Notes under the pieces: generated by a model | The model's database searches: none | Told to the model about the DNA's origin: nothing | The model's input: only the letters and a program-made list of their open reading frames with translations | Assembly (NCBI GenBank): GCA_030390025.1 | Contig: CM059432.1 | Span: 84,198,001 to 84,262,000 of the forward strand | From: Squalus acanthias | Lineage: Eukaryota | Direction of reading: 5' to 3' | Length of the DNA stretch: 64,000 bases | Position numbers and translations under genes: made by a program | Part shown: in pieces, positions 26,148 to 38,809 of the stretch | How positions within the stretch are numbered: position 1 is the stretch's first letter | Layout of the letters: the number at the start of each line of letters is the position of its first letter

Positions 26148-26356
26148 ATTGTCAAAATAAATAGGTTTATGCCATCTGTTAAAGTAACAGATAGAGGAAT
26201 GGCAAACAAACATGTTAAGCATTCGTCCACTATTAAGGGCAACAGTAATTTCTGGCCTATATTGCTCTTTTGAACCTGTTTAAAAGACTTATTTTCCTCT
26301 ACTGGAAATAAAAAGCATCACACACTACAATCAGTAAAAAAGGTGCACAAAAATAT

Positions 26357-26905
26357 GGGCCTGGATATTAACAGGGGCGGGTTATGTCAGTGGTGGCGCT
26401 GAGTTTCAGATGGGAAACCCGGAGTTCCGGGTTTCAGCGTTCGACTTTTGTCCTTGACAGGTTTCCCCACCTTGAAGTCAGCCTGATTGACAGGCTTGGG
26501 TTGGGTTCCAGTTGTGCTGGGAGGACTCCAGAGCAGGCTGCAGGAGCAGGTAGGTCTGATCCATAACCCCGGGAGGAGATCTGATCCCCGACCCCTGGGG
26601 GGATCCGATCCCAGGGGTTCTGATCCCGGGATGGATCCGATCTCTGGGGGGGCGGGGGGGGGGGGAGGTCCGATGACCGACCCCAGTGGGGGTTTTGATC
26701 CCAGGAGGAGTCTGATCTCCGACCCCAGTGGTCTTTGTATGGGGGGGGGGGTCTGATGGGGGAGCTTGGGAGGCCAAGGAGAAGCACTCCTGCTCCTCCT
26801 GGCCCACAAGCAGTGCTGTGAAGGCACTTACCTTCTCCCCGAAGCTGCCCTCCCCTCCCTTCAGCTGCCGAGTTTCCTGAGGCTTGGGAAACCTGGCCGA
26901 CCACT
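26357..26905. mobile_element. Truncated Harbinger-type MITE with degenerate GATC/G-run repeats
   Basis: Starts GGGCCTGGATATT; architecture similar to 7330-9421. Confidence 0.55.
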
Positions 26906-27439
26906 CTAATATAGGTTATGTATCAAACTCTTCTACAAGTTACTCTATTAGAGAAAAACTGTGGGGAAACTAGTTCTATCAATCTTCAGTTCTCCTTCCA
27001 ACTCATTGGATTAGTTCCTATATGCTCCAGTTGTGCCTTCTGGCTGGTTTGATTGGGATTGGAGGCTGTCAATATTAACCAGTGAAGAAACCTTATTTAA
27101 TGTGAAATTCGGAGAAGCCAACACATGGGTTGAAAAGCTGACAGTCAGCTTAAATAGCTGATGACTGACATGTATGCATTTTGAATCTTTCTCCTTATTC
27201 TGAGAGGAAGAGAGCAACATGAAATCGAAGATGCATTTCTTCACTAAATTTCTATCCTGTTGCAGCTGGAGTTTTGTCTTGAGATGTTGTAGATGGACAT
27301 TGGTGGACCATAAGTAGACTTTTATCCTTTCATCTTTAGTGGGTTCTGATGCTTTCTGATATTGATGGTAAACAGTTGAAGCAGCATGTTTGGAATTGGT
27401 GCTGCATCCAATGAGATCTGAGTCTTATGATAATATCCC

Positions 27440-27570
27440 TCCTTAACCTACGCTGTTCCAGTGAAGAAAGACCAAATTTTTTGAGTCTTTCTTTATAACT
27501 ATAACCTTTGACTCCTGGTATAATTTTAGTGAATCTTCACTGTATCCTTTCCACTGGCTAGAATATCTTT
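27440..27570 (-). mobile_element. Old, degenerate CR1 fragment
   Basis: Translates to [32 protein letters not shown]. Confidence 0.7.
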
Positions 27571-29127
27571 TTGTTGCCCAGTAAAAGAAGTACCACCACA
27601 GATCACTAATGCAAGTTCCTGCCCACATCCTATCAATTTGCAAATCATCCATTCTTTGCTTTGCATCCCCTAGTTATCTCTCTATCTACATGAGTACATT
27701 CCTTGTACAGTACTCACCACTTAAAACGTCCACATTTAAAATGGGCAGATGCTTATATCGGCCAAAAAAATGAAAACCATTAACCATTTACACTAATATC
27801 AATTTCAAAGTGGCTGGTTATAATGTCTTAAGTGCTCCATTTATTTTGTCCAGAAACAGCTGTGTTCATTCACCAGATCTTGTATTTGGTATAAACTCTG
27901 ATATAAAAACATTGATTAATATTTTAACAAGTTTATTGCATCTGATAAAGATGATACTTGCCACAGGAAAGTTTAAAAATTATTGGCTAAACATTGCTTG
28001 TTACATTTATTCACCAGGCAAAATCCTGACATGCAGAATCATGAGTGTTGCTTTGCCTATGAGAAAAAGTTTAACCACTCAAGAATTTCTAGCCACGAGT
28101 GTAGTGCAGCAGTGTTGCAGCTATAGAATAACTGGTTTTTCTCTTCTGTGATTGTGAAGCAAAGGTAACTATCTCCAGTACTGGCACTGTCAATGATGAT
28201 TTATTATACCAGTGCAATTGTCAAATGAGGATAAAATGTTGTGATTGAGAAAAAGAAGAATACACTGATGAGTGTCTCTATAAAACAAGTGCTTACTTTA
28301 ACACCGAACGTGTTTGACTAGGACATGAATGTGGATTGCTGCCAATCAGACTAAAAACAGGCACATAGTGTTCTGCATATACACCAGTAGAGTAAGTTAT
28401 AGCGCTACCCCGTTATACCGGTCATGTGTATAGCAGCTAAATCGCATTCACACGAACGCACCCGCTATGAACAGTGGGGACTGTAATACCATGTGCCTTG
28501 ATTTTCATTACAATTATCTTATTTGGCACCTTATTAAATATCTTCTGAAAGTCCATATATATGACATCCACCCTATACAAAATGGGGCTAATATTCATCT
28601 ATCCAAGGCGCTCACATTGTAACTTTGGTGGCAGTCTGCTGGAAGGGCCACAAATTAGGATGAGACCTAGATACGCCATGTCTTGGCCTGGCAATTGAAT
28701 TCCTGATCGGTCTGTGTTCATCAGTGTAGGAGGGGATTGGGGGGTAGGAGCAGAAATTGCCTACATCAGGAGTACTTGCGTCTCATGTCCTCAAAGACAC
28801 CAAGCATAGGATTGCATACCTACTCGCCAAAGGATGGAAGTGGGGCCCACCTGGGATCCAGGCTGGGTTCATGGACTGGACCTCCAATGAAAATCAGAAA
28901 TGAGGAGTTAGGGAACACACAAATCACCAACAAGGAAAGTGCCTGGAAAAGTACCAATAAGAAACTATAAGGGCTTATAAAACAACCAGGTTTAATTGGC
29001 CAGTTAGGAGAACCTATGAATGAAGGAAAAGAGAAACTGAACTAACGAAATTGCTCAAAGCACATTTTGAAAAAATATTGTCTGACATTTTTTAGTCCTC
29101 AACCTGGTGAGTATTGGCTGTAAAGAA

Positions 29128-29995
29128 GCCTCAGATAATGAAGCAGTCCACGCCCGCATGCAACAAGACCTGGACAATGTTCAGGCTTGGGCTGATAAGT
29201 GGCAGGTAACATTTGCGCCACAGAAGTGCCAGGCAATGACTTTCTCCAACAAGCGAGAGTCTAACCACCTTCCCTTGACATTCAACGGTATTACCATCAC
29301 CAAATTCCCCACCATCAACATCCTGGGGGTCACCATTGACCAGAAACTTAACTGGACCAGCCACATAAATACTGTGGCAACAAGAGCAGGTCAGAGGCTA
29401 GGTATTCTGCGGCGAGTGTCTCACCTCCTGACTCCCCAAAGCCTTTCAACCATCTACAAGGCACAAGTAAGGAGTGTGATGGAATACTCTCCACTTGCCT
29501 GGATGAGTGGAGCTCCAACAACACTCAAGAAGCTCAACACCATCCAGGGCAAAGCAGCCCACTTGATTGGCACTCCATACACCACCTTAAACATTCACTC
29601 CCTCCACCACCGGCGTACCGTGGCTGCAGTGTGTACCATCTACAAGATGCACTGCAGCAACTTGCCAAGGCTTCTTTGGCAGCACCTCCCAAACCCGCGA
29701 CCTCTTCCACCTAGAAGGACAAGAGCAGCAGGCGCATGGGAACACCACCACCTCCAAGTTTCCCTCCAGGTCATACACCATCCTGACTTAGAAGTATATC
29801 GCCGATCCTTCATCGTCGCTGGGTCAAAATCCTGGAACTCCCTCCCTAACAGCACTGTGGGAGTACCTTCACCACGCGAACTGCAGCGGCTCAAGAAGGC
29901 AGCTCACCAACAACTTCTCAAGGGCAATTAGGGATGGGCAATAAATGCTGGCCTTGCCAGTGACGCCCACATCCCATAAAAACGAATAGAAAAAA
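29128..29995 (+). mobile_element. Second LINE family, 3' end
   Basis: ORF AWADKWQVTFAP..YKAQVRSVMEY; tail gggcaataaatgctggcc plus A-rich end. Confidence 0.9.
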
Positions 29996-30548
29996 AGGTT
30001 TCGAACATAATTAACAACATTTGTATGATTATATTTACTTTTAAATTTGTCTTTGCATAACTTCATTAATATCTTGATGTGAAGACTCAAGCCTTTTTCA
30101 AAAGCTTGAGCTTGAAGTAGGTATTTGGACTAAGGGCGATCAACCTGCTAGCTTCAGGAAGATGATAATCTAAGCATGTGTAGAATTTCCCATCCCACAA
30201 CAGTAGGATTCTGTCAGTGCAAGTGGCAGGCTAACTCATCACTCATCACATCGCTTTATGGTGTAAATGGATTTCTGAGTTTCTTTCTGTGTTTTTCCCA
30301 AAATTTGAAAACAAGTAGCAGAATTAAATTTGTCAGGTAACGTTTCATGCTATCAGTTCTAAAATGTTTAGCTCAGAGAGAAAGCATAATTAAAGATAGC
30401 TATCCATTCAAGGTGGGAGAGACATGGGGTGAATTTTTACTTTCAGGAGCTTTGAGAAGCCAGCTCCAACCTGGTGACATCCGCATTTAACTACAACACG
30501 TTCGGCTGTGTGTGAGGGATAGGCGGGTTATCAATTTCAATATGTTAA

Positions 30549-31740
30549 TAAGAAACATAAGAAATAAGAGCAGGAGTAGGCCATATGGCCCCTAGAGCCT
30601 GCTCCGCCATTCAATAAGATCATGGCTGATCATCGACCTCAACTCCACTTTCCCGCCCAATCTCCATATCCCTTGATTCCCCTAGAGTCCAAAAATCTAT
30701 CTATCTCAGCCTTGAATATACTGAAAGACTCAGCATTCACAGCCCTCTGGGGCAGAGAATTCCAAAGATTCACAACCCTCTGAGTAAAGAAATTCCTCCT
30801 CATCTCAGTCTTAAATGGCCTACCCCCTATGCCCCCTAGTTCTAGACACTGCAGCCAAGGAAAACAACCTCTCTTCATCTACCCTGTCAATCTCCTTCAG
30901 AATCTTATATGTTTCAATGAGATCACCTCTCATTCTTCTAAACTCCAGAGAGTATAGGCCCATTCGACACAATCTCTCATCATAGGACAGCCCTCTCATC
31001 CCAGGAATCAATCTAGTGAACCTTCGTTGCACCGCCTCCAAGGCAAGTATATCCTTCCTTAGATAAGGAGACCAAAACTGCACAGTACTCCAGGTGTGGT
31101 CTCACCAAGGCCCTGTACAATTGTAGCAAGACTTCCTTACTCTTATACTCCAACCCCCTTACAATAAAGGCCAACATGCCATTTGCCTTCCTTATTGCTT
31201 GCTGTACCTGCATGCTAACTTTCTGTGTTTCTTGCACGAGGACACCCAAATCTCTCTGAACACCAACATTTGAAAGTTTCTCACCATTTAAAAAATATTC
31301 TGTTTTTCTATTCTTCCTACCAAAGTGATTAACCTCACATTTCCCTACATTATACTCCATCTGCCACCTTACTGCCCACTCACTGAGTCTATCTATATCC
31401 CTTTGCAGACTCTTTGTGTTCTCCTCACAGCTTACTGTCCCATCTAGCTTTGTATCATCAGAAAACCTGGATACATTACACTCGGTCCCTTCATCTAGGT
31501 CATTAATATAGATTGTAAATAGCTGAGGCCCCAACACTGATCCTTGCGGCACCCCACTAGTTACAGCCTGCCAACCTGAAAAAGATCCGTTTATCCCTAC
31601 TCTCTGTTTTCTGTCCGTTAACCAATCCTCTATCCATGCTACTATATTACCCCCAACCCCATGAGCCCTAATCTTGTGTAATAACCTTTTATGTGGCACC
31701 TTATCGAATGCCTTTTGGAAATCCAAATATACTACATCCC
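30549..31740 (-). mobile_element. 5'-truncated CR1
   Basis: 237-aa RT ORF 31013..31726, 3'UTR and (ttcttatg)-type tail. Confidence 0.93.
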
Positions 31741-31961
31741 CTTATCTCATTAAGAGCAATATTAACATGGGTTTTGGGTTTAACTGTGGGTGCACAGGTT
31801 TCCCGGGCTTCCTGGAACTCACCAGCGACTGCAAGTCGAGGACACAGCGACTACTGAGGGGGCTGAAGAAATGACAGGCAAAATTTCCCATAAGTATTAA
31901 ACTCTCACTGCTGCTTTCTTGCCTAATTGTGTGAAAGGCTTTTGCTCACAGTACTTGTGCT

Positions 31962-32053
31962 GAGAGGTTACTTTCAATTATTTAGAGATTACTTTAACAA
32001 CTTTGGAGGTTACTTTCACTACTTTGGAGGTAACTTTCACTACTTTGGAGGTT
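31962..32053. repeat. 21-bp tandem repeat (about 4 copies) upstream of the transposase ATG
   Basis: Unit TACTTTGGAGGTTACTTTCAC, degenerating leftward. Confidence 0.85.
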
Positions 32054-32098
32054 TGTACGTCTGATCTCCACTTTGCAGCTGTGATCTATCAGATCAGC

Positions 32099-33268
32099 AT
32101 GGGAGCCGCTTATGCTGTTTTACTATGGACCTCAGATGAGGACCAAGATGACCAGCAGCATCAGCAGCAACAGCAGCAGCAGGAGCACCACCAGCAGGAG
32201 CAGCAGATGTCTGCTCCTCACAGACCTGCTGCTCCACAGGAGAGGGGATGAGCAGAGAGGTGCAGCTCGCAGGAGGCGAAACCCGCAACACACAACGTAC
32301 AGGCAGAGCATCAGCTTCCTGGACATGTTGGAACACCAATGTCTCAGGAGGCTCAAGGTCTTGCGTCAGGTAGTGGCATACATTTGCAGCCTACTGGAAG
32401 AAGACCTACAGCCAAGTGGAACTGGTGGCCACGCTTTACCAGTGGCTATCAAAGTCATCACCAATCTCAAATTCTTTGCCTTTGGCTCCTTCCAGGTTTC
32501 TGCCGGAGACATTTGCAGGATCGCGTAGTCGGCTCCCACAAATGCACAACACAGGTGACTGATGCCATGTTTGCCAGGGCAGGCAATTATGTACAGTTTG
32601 ACGCCAATGCTGCCAGTCAGAATGAGTGGGTGCTTGGGTTTGCAGCTCTGGCTTGCTTCCCACAGGTGCAGGGCATCATTGACTGCACACATGTGGCCAT
32701 CAAGACACCCCCACCGAGGAGTGTTTGTCAATCCATCAGCGTACAGCTGGTGTGCAACCGCAAAAATATGATTATGCAGGTGTGTGCAAGATTCCCAGGC
32801 AGCTGCCATGATGCTTTCATCCTGTTGCAGTCAACCCTCCCTGATCTATTCGCACCTCAAAGCAGACTTGTCGGCTGGCTGCTTAGAGACAAGGGATACG
32901 CACTTAAAACATGGCTGATGACACCCGTGAGGAACCCAAGCAATGAGGCTCAGGAGCGATAAAATGAAAGCCATATGACAACCAGATGTGTCACTGAACA
33001 GGCAATCGGCATGCTGAATATGCAATTCAGGTGCCTTGACAGATCTGGAGGCGCCCTTCAGTAAGCATCTGCTAGGATCTCCAGAATGGCTGTGGTGTGC
33101 TGCGCTCTGCATAGTATTCCACAGCAGCGAGGATTGAACCTTCAGGAGGAACAAGGCGCAGAGCACAGAGCCTATTCGGAGATGGAGGAGGAACGTGATG
33201 CGGCCAATGCACCAGCAGCAGTGCACATTACTGGCCAGGATTCCCTCATAATGGTGAGGTTCATTTAG
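32099..33268 (+). pseudogene. HARBI1-like transposase with N-terminal poly-Q
   Basis: QGIIDCTHV, FPGSCHDAFIL, RDKGY, CCALH; several stops and frameshifts. Confidence 0.9.
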
Positions 33269-33519
33269 GTTCCATCAGTTCACCATCTGGCAGCCACATG
33301 CTAAACCCACTTCCCCCCACCCCCTTCCCCCAATACAAAGCAGTCCTGCAATCAACCACACATCTCTTTCATAGCCACCCATTGCTCAGCGTTAATTTTT
33401 GTCTTACCATTCATCACAAGTGAAAAAGCCACTTGCCAGGCAGCAGCCAAAAATGGGCAACATGGGAAAGTGGTGTAAACAAATAGGCCTTGAAATTCAC
33501 CTCCATAGCGCAGCTACTT

Positions 33520-36500
33520 CAGTGGGTAGAGAATGGATCTAGCCCAGGTAAATTGGAATCAAAAATTGACAGGCAAAACTGCAATCGAACAATGGTCTGC
33601 CTTTAAAGAGGAGATGGTTCAGGTACAGTCGAGGTACATTCCCATGAGGGGGAAAGGTAGGGCAACCAAAGTCAGAGCTCCCTGGATGACGAAAGAGATA
33701 GAGAGTAAGATGAAGCAGAAAAAGGGGGCGTATGATAGATGTCAGGTTGAGAATACAAGTGAGAACCAGGCTGAATATAGAAAGTTCAGAGGGGAAGTGA
33801 AAAAGGAAATAAGAGGGACAAAGAGAGAGTATGAGAATAGATTGGCAGCTAACATAAAGGGAATCCAAAAGTTTTCTATAGGCATATAAATAGTAAATGG
33901 GTAGTAAGAGGAGGGGTGGGGCCGATTAGGGACCAAAATGGAGACCTATGCATGGAGGCAGAGGGCATGGCTGAGGTACTAAATGAATACTTTGCATCTG
34001 TCTTTACCAAGGAAGAAGATGTTGCCAAAATTATAGTGAAAGAGGAGGTAGTTGAGATACTGGATGGGATAAAAATTGATAAAGAGGAGGTACTAGAAAG
34101 GCTGGCTGTACTTAAAGCAGATAAGTCACCAGGACCAGATAGGATGCATCCTAGGATGCTGAGGGAAGTAAAGGTAGAAATTGCGGAGGTACTGGCCATA
34201 ATCTTCCAATCCTCCTTAGATATGGGGGTGGTGCCAGAGGACTGGAGAACTGCAATTGTTCAAAAAAGAGTGTAAGGATAAACCCAGCAACTACACGCCA
34301 GTCAGTTTAACCTCGGTAGTGGGGAAGCTTTTAGAAATGATAATCAGGGACAAAATTAACAGTCACTTGGACAAGTGTGGATTAATTAAGGAAAGCCAGC
34401 ATGGATTTGTTAAAGGTAAATGGTGTTTAACTAACTTGATTGAGTTTTTGATGAGGTAACAGAAAGGATTGATGAGGGCAATGCGGTTGATGTGGTGTAC
34501 ATGGACTTCCAAAAGGTGTTTGATAAAGTGCCACATAATACGCTTGCCAGCAAAGTTGAAACCCATGGAATAAAAGGGACAGTGGCAGCATGGATACAAA
34601 ATTGGCTAAGTGACAGGAAAAAGAGAGTAGTGGTGAACATTTTTTTTCGGACTGGAGGAAGGTATACAGTGGTGTTCCCCAGGGGTCGGTACTAGGACCA
34701 CTGTTTTTCTTGATATATATTAATGACTTGGACTTGGGTGTACAAGGCACAATTTCGAAATTTGCAGATGGCACAAAACTTGGAAGTATAGTGAACAGTG
34801 AGGAGGATAGTGATAGACTTCAAGAAGACATAGATAGGCTGGTGAAATGGGCAGACACGTAGCAGATAAAATTTAACGCAGGAAAGTGCGAAATGATACA
34901 TTTTGGTAGTAAGAACGAGGAGAGGCAATATAAACTAAAGGGTACAATCCTAAAGTGGGTGCATGAACAGAGAGACCTGGGGGTATATGTGCACAAATCA
35001 TTGAAGGTGGCAGGGCAGGTTGAGAAAGCAGTTAACAAAGCATATAGGATCCTGGGCTTTATAAATAGAGGCAGAGAGAACAAAAGCAAGGAAGTTATGA
35101 TGAACCTTTATAAAACACTGGTTTGGCCTCAACTGGAGTATTGTGTCCAATTCTGGGCACCGCACTTTAGGAAGGATGTGAAGGCCTCAGAGAAGGTGCA
35201 GAAAAGATTTACGAGAATGCTTCCAGGGATGAGGGTCTTCAGTTACGTGGATAGACTAGAGAAGCTGGGTTTGTTCTGCTTGGAGCAGAGAAGATGTAGG
35301 GTTTGGCCGGTGCCAACATCAGTGGGTGCATGTGCCTCAAGCATTTTTGGACTTTTAAAATGGATATGTACCCTTTTAAAATGGAGACGCACATGGGCTG
35401 CGTTTTAAAAATGGAGTTTGGACTTTTGGACTTTAAAAGGGACTGCCTGTTGGTTTCTGTGAAGATAGCAGGAACTGTCTGTCTTTTGGGTTGCCATGGG
35501 ACCTGTCTCAATGCTGACGTCATGAAAGGCAGGAGCCTTTTCATATTCGAACTTGTGTGATTTGGGGAAAACCACCTTTTTTCCATGGAGCCAGGATGTC
35601 TGGATGGACAATGAGGTTTGCAGGCCAAAAGTAACACCTCTGGACTCTTTCAATGAAGGAGCAGTCAAGAACTTAACAAACAGTTAGTACTTGGAGAACT
35701 GCTCATCTACAGTAATGGCCTACCATTGTTTTCTTCAAGATGACCAATCCAAGACAGAGACATTACCAGGGAAACCAACTAGCATCTCTGCGACCATGGT
35801 AACCAGGAATCGCCCAGCAAGTTTTGTGTATTGCACGGGGTATAAACATGCTGAACTTTGGGGATGGTTGCTTGCTTGCTTTTCTCTACCATCTGTAACG
35901 GGGTTCTCCGCGTAACCACACATCCGTCAACTCTCCAGGAACGCCCGAAGTGAGTGCCTCGTCGTACCGCCTGAACGTAACTCTCTAGGCCTCATCACAT
36001 GCCTCTGTTAGGCACGGTTTTGTCTCTGGAGTCGAACGGAGCCGGGACCGCGTGAATCAACGACAAGGGCTGGTAATTATATCCAGCATACACCTCCAGA
36101 AATCCCCAGGACCGCCCGCGTGTTTTGCTGCTGAGGAACTGCAAGTATCCAAGACGCAGGCTAACATGGGTGTGTGTGTGTGTGAAGAGGCTTCCAAGTG
36201 TGGGTTCTGACCAAACCGGGACAGGGGTTTAGTTAGAAGGGTTTTTTTTTCCATTATCTAGGCTTAGATTCTGGGAAGGGGTTGGTTCAGCGTAACCAAC
36301 AGGGTGGGTATTTTAGTCTAAAGTTATAAGCTAGTGTCCACGGTCACCTACTCGTTCTGCCATAAGCGAGAGGAGTAGGGATTGTCGTTTTTTTTGTGAG
36401 TTTAATAAAAAGGAATTGATCTTTGACCAACCTGAACCGTTTCGTTTTGTCTGAATCATTTATAATCTATCCATAGTAACTCCTTGGGTCCGAACTTGGG

Positions 36501-37189
36501 GGTTATGGAGCTTGTGGTTCGCGATATAATTCAGAAGACCAACCGGGTGGCATCCGGTCACGGCCGGGTTACACAGTAATCCCGCTGGGGACGCTGCGCA
36601 TCGGGCATAGGAGAAGACCTATCTGGCCTTGGTCTCTCTCTCTCTGTGGGATTACCCGCTAATCAACGGGCTGGGCAGGGACTATTGGCATAAGCTCCTG
36701 CCATCCAAGGGAAACAACCCAAACCGGGGAGCTTTTGTGGCATGGGTCGACTCAAGGGAGAGTCATAGAAACACGGGCACGCAAAAACACCCTACAAAGG
36801 TTGAGAGGAGATTTGATAGAGGTGTTCAAAATCATGATGGGTCTAGTCAGAGTAAGATAGAGAGAAACTATTCCCATTGGCAGAAGGGTCGAGAACCAGA
36901 GGACCCAGATTTAAGGTGATTTGTAAAAGAACCAAAGGCGACATGAGGAAAAACTTTTTTATGCAGCGAGTGGTTCTGATCTGGAGTACACTGCCTGAAA
37001 GAATGGCGGAGGCAGACTCAATCCTTGCTTTCAAAAGGGAATTGGATAAGTACCCGAAGGAAAAAAAATTGCAGGGCTAGGGGGAAAGGGCGGGGGATTG
37101 GGACTAGCTGAAGTGCTCTTGCAGAGAGGCAGCACGGGCTCAACGGGCCGAATGGCCTCCTTCAGTGCTGTAACCATTCTATGATTCTA
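33520..37189 (+). mobile_element. CR1 ORF2 3' two-thirds, split by a solo LTR
   Basis: KSPGPD, FDKVPH, KFADGTK; LEQRR at 35294 resumes as LRGDLIE at 36797; (attctatg)n tail. Confidence 0.92.
35295..36796 (+). mobile_element. Long solo LTR (1502 bp)
   Basis: TGTAGGGT...ACCCTACA termini; 4-bp TSD AAGA/AAGG; TATAAA near 35841, AATAAA near 36404; removing it restores the CR1. Confidence 0.85.
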
Positions 37190-38032
37190 CTTTTGGCCCT
37201 TTTTTAAAAAAAAAGGCATTCGCCTCGCTTCCGCCTACTCCCAGCATGCCCCGCGGTGTTCGGCATCTTGGTGAGGGCGATAGCGGGGGCGGTGCGTGCG
37301 TACGCCGACAGTATACAGAGTAGGCAGATTGTGACGTCAGTCAGTGTGTAACGCACGGCCTGCCATTTTTGACATCGCCACACCATTCAACGCCCTTTCC
37401 TTAACATGCACAGCTGAACATGTGTTCAGCTGCACGAGGGACCCCCCCACCAGTGCTATTTAAAGGGATACATCTAACTTGCAGGTAAGTTGTTTATAGC
37501 TTTTGTACTGGCTCTTGAAGATTTTGGTGGAGTACTGGTTTGCTGTAAGTGATTTTAAAAGTTGTTAAAGTGTGTAGGGAGTGCTGCTAGACGTTGGGAA
37601 GATGTTGGCTGCTACTGGAAGTCCTCTGAGTACAGCACTTGCTCCCAGTCATGGGGGCTCTAGTTGCAGTCCCCCTTGCGCTGCAGCATGACAGGCAAAT
37701 GGAGCAGAGGCAGCAAAGAAGACAAGCTGCTTGCAGAGGGAGCAGGAGGAGGAGGGCTCTCAGCAGGAGGCCTTACCCACCTAGGGTCTTCAGGGAGCAC
37801 TTCTCCTACCTGCACCTAAGCCAGCAGCAGTGTGTTCGGCAGCTCCGCTTCACCAAGGAGGTAGTCACAGAACTCTGCCACCAATTTTGTGTGCTGATTG
37901 CACTACTTTCAACGGGCGTGGGCAGATCACACATTGGGATTCCCGTGCCCGTTTTTGGGCCTTATCAAATTTAGCTCCAATTTCTAACACCTGTGAAACA
38001 GTTGGAGTGAGAGACAAAGGGAAAGACACAAA

Positions 38033-38400
38033 GGGTAGATTTTAACTTGGAATACCCAGCATATACGGCTCCGTAACAGTGTTAAAATAGCTGTGTAGCA
38101 CTTACCGTCCCATTCATGTCGGTGATACCGCTGTGCCATCCTGAAGGAGCAAACTGCTGGGTGGCCATTTGTTTCAGGTGGTAGGCCCTTTTAATATGCA
38201 AATCAGGGTCCTGTGACATAGAAAGTACTCCGACTGCCATTTTAGGAATTAACTCGGCAGAACGTGAGCTGTGTATGCTTCATCCAGTTTTACGGGTGGT
38301 AAAGCTAAAGAAGCCAAAAAGAGGTAAGTTTAAAATCATTTTAGTTGGGCCAGGAGGAGCAGGAGCTGGGCAACTACTGGCTTGTTCTGGTAGTTTAAAT
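38033..38400. mobile_element. Truncated MITE related to 10240-10798
   Basis: Starts GGGTAGATTTT; shares the atgcaaatc..ggtc motif. Confidence 0.5.
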
Positions 38401-38809
38401 ATAAAAGTTTTCCCCTTTCTCAGCTGCTGCTGTTTCTGCTAAAACCATCAGCAGCTTCTGCAGCGCATTCTCGGCCGCCACTGCTTCTTGGATTGGCCGT
38501 TAGGCTGTTCTTAATTGCCACTTGCTCCCCACCCCCACTAGTCGGTTGCTCCATAGCATGTTATCCTATCTAGAATTATTTTTACTTACATGATTAGTTC
38601 CATCCAGTATTGTGAAAGGGCAGACTCATAACAAAATGCATGCATGCGCTTCCTGCCTACAATACCTAACTTCATGTCACTTTTTTAGACAGACCTATGT
38701 GTAAATATGTTTACAATTATAAATTCCAATGTCCACATTTATAATGGAAACCACTTATGTAAGCCTATCACCTTGTAATTGCACAATTTAGTCATGGGGG
38801 CACTATATT

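Larger units (their letters stand above)
30426..33485 (+). mobile_element. Harbinger-3 (left arm split by a CR1; Myb gene and right end missing)
   Basis: TIR-like GGGGTGAATTTTT at 30426; transposase and downstream region collinear with Harbinger-1. Confidence 0.75.
33486..37978 (+). mobile_element. Harbinger-4, internally deleted (33486-~33520 plus 37190-37978), split by a CR1
   Basis: Left GGCCTTGAAATTC; right CAAATTTAGCTCC; transposase N-terminus 37651-37880 (REHFSYLHLS..RFTKEVVTELC) joined directly to the right arm. Confidence 0.7.

Noticed and set aside
27011..27424. Stop-free minus-strand frame of ~138 codons in apparently unique DNA
   Set aside because: No recognisable domain, no ATG at its start, no clear splice sites, and it abuts an old CR1 remnant; cannot be supported as a host exon.
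31962..32053. CRISPR-like array
   Set aside because: Contiguous 21-bp tandem repeat with no spacers, no cas genes, and a eukaryotic context.
3259..33268. Host HARBI1 or NAIF1 genes
   Set aside because: All copies lie within TIR-bounded elements and carry stops or frameshifts, so they are transposon pseudogenes.
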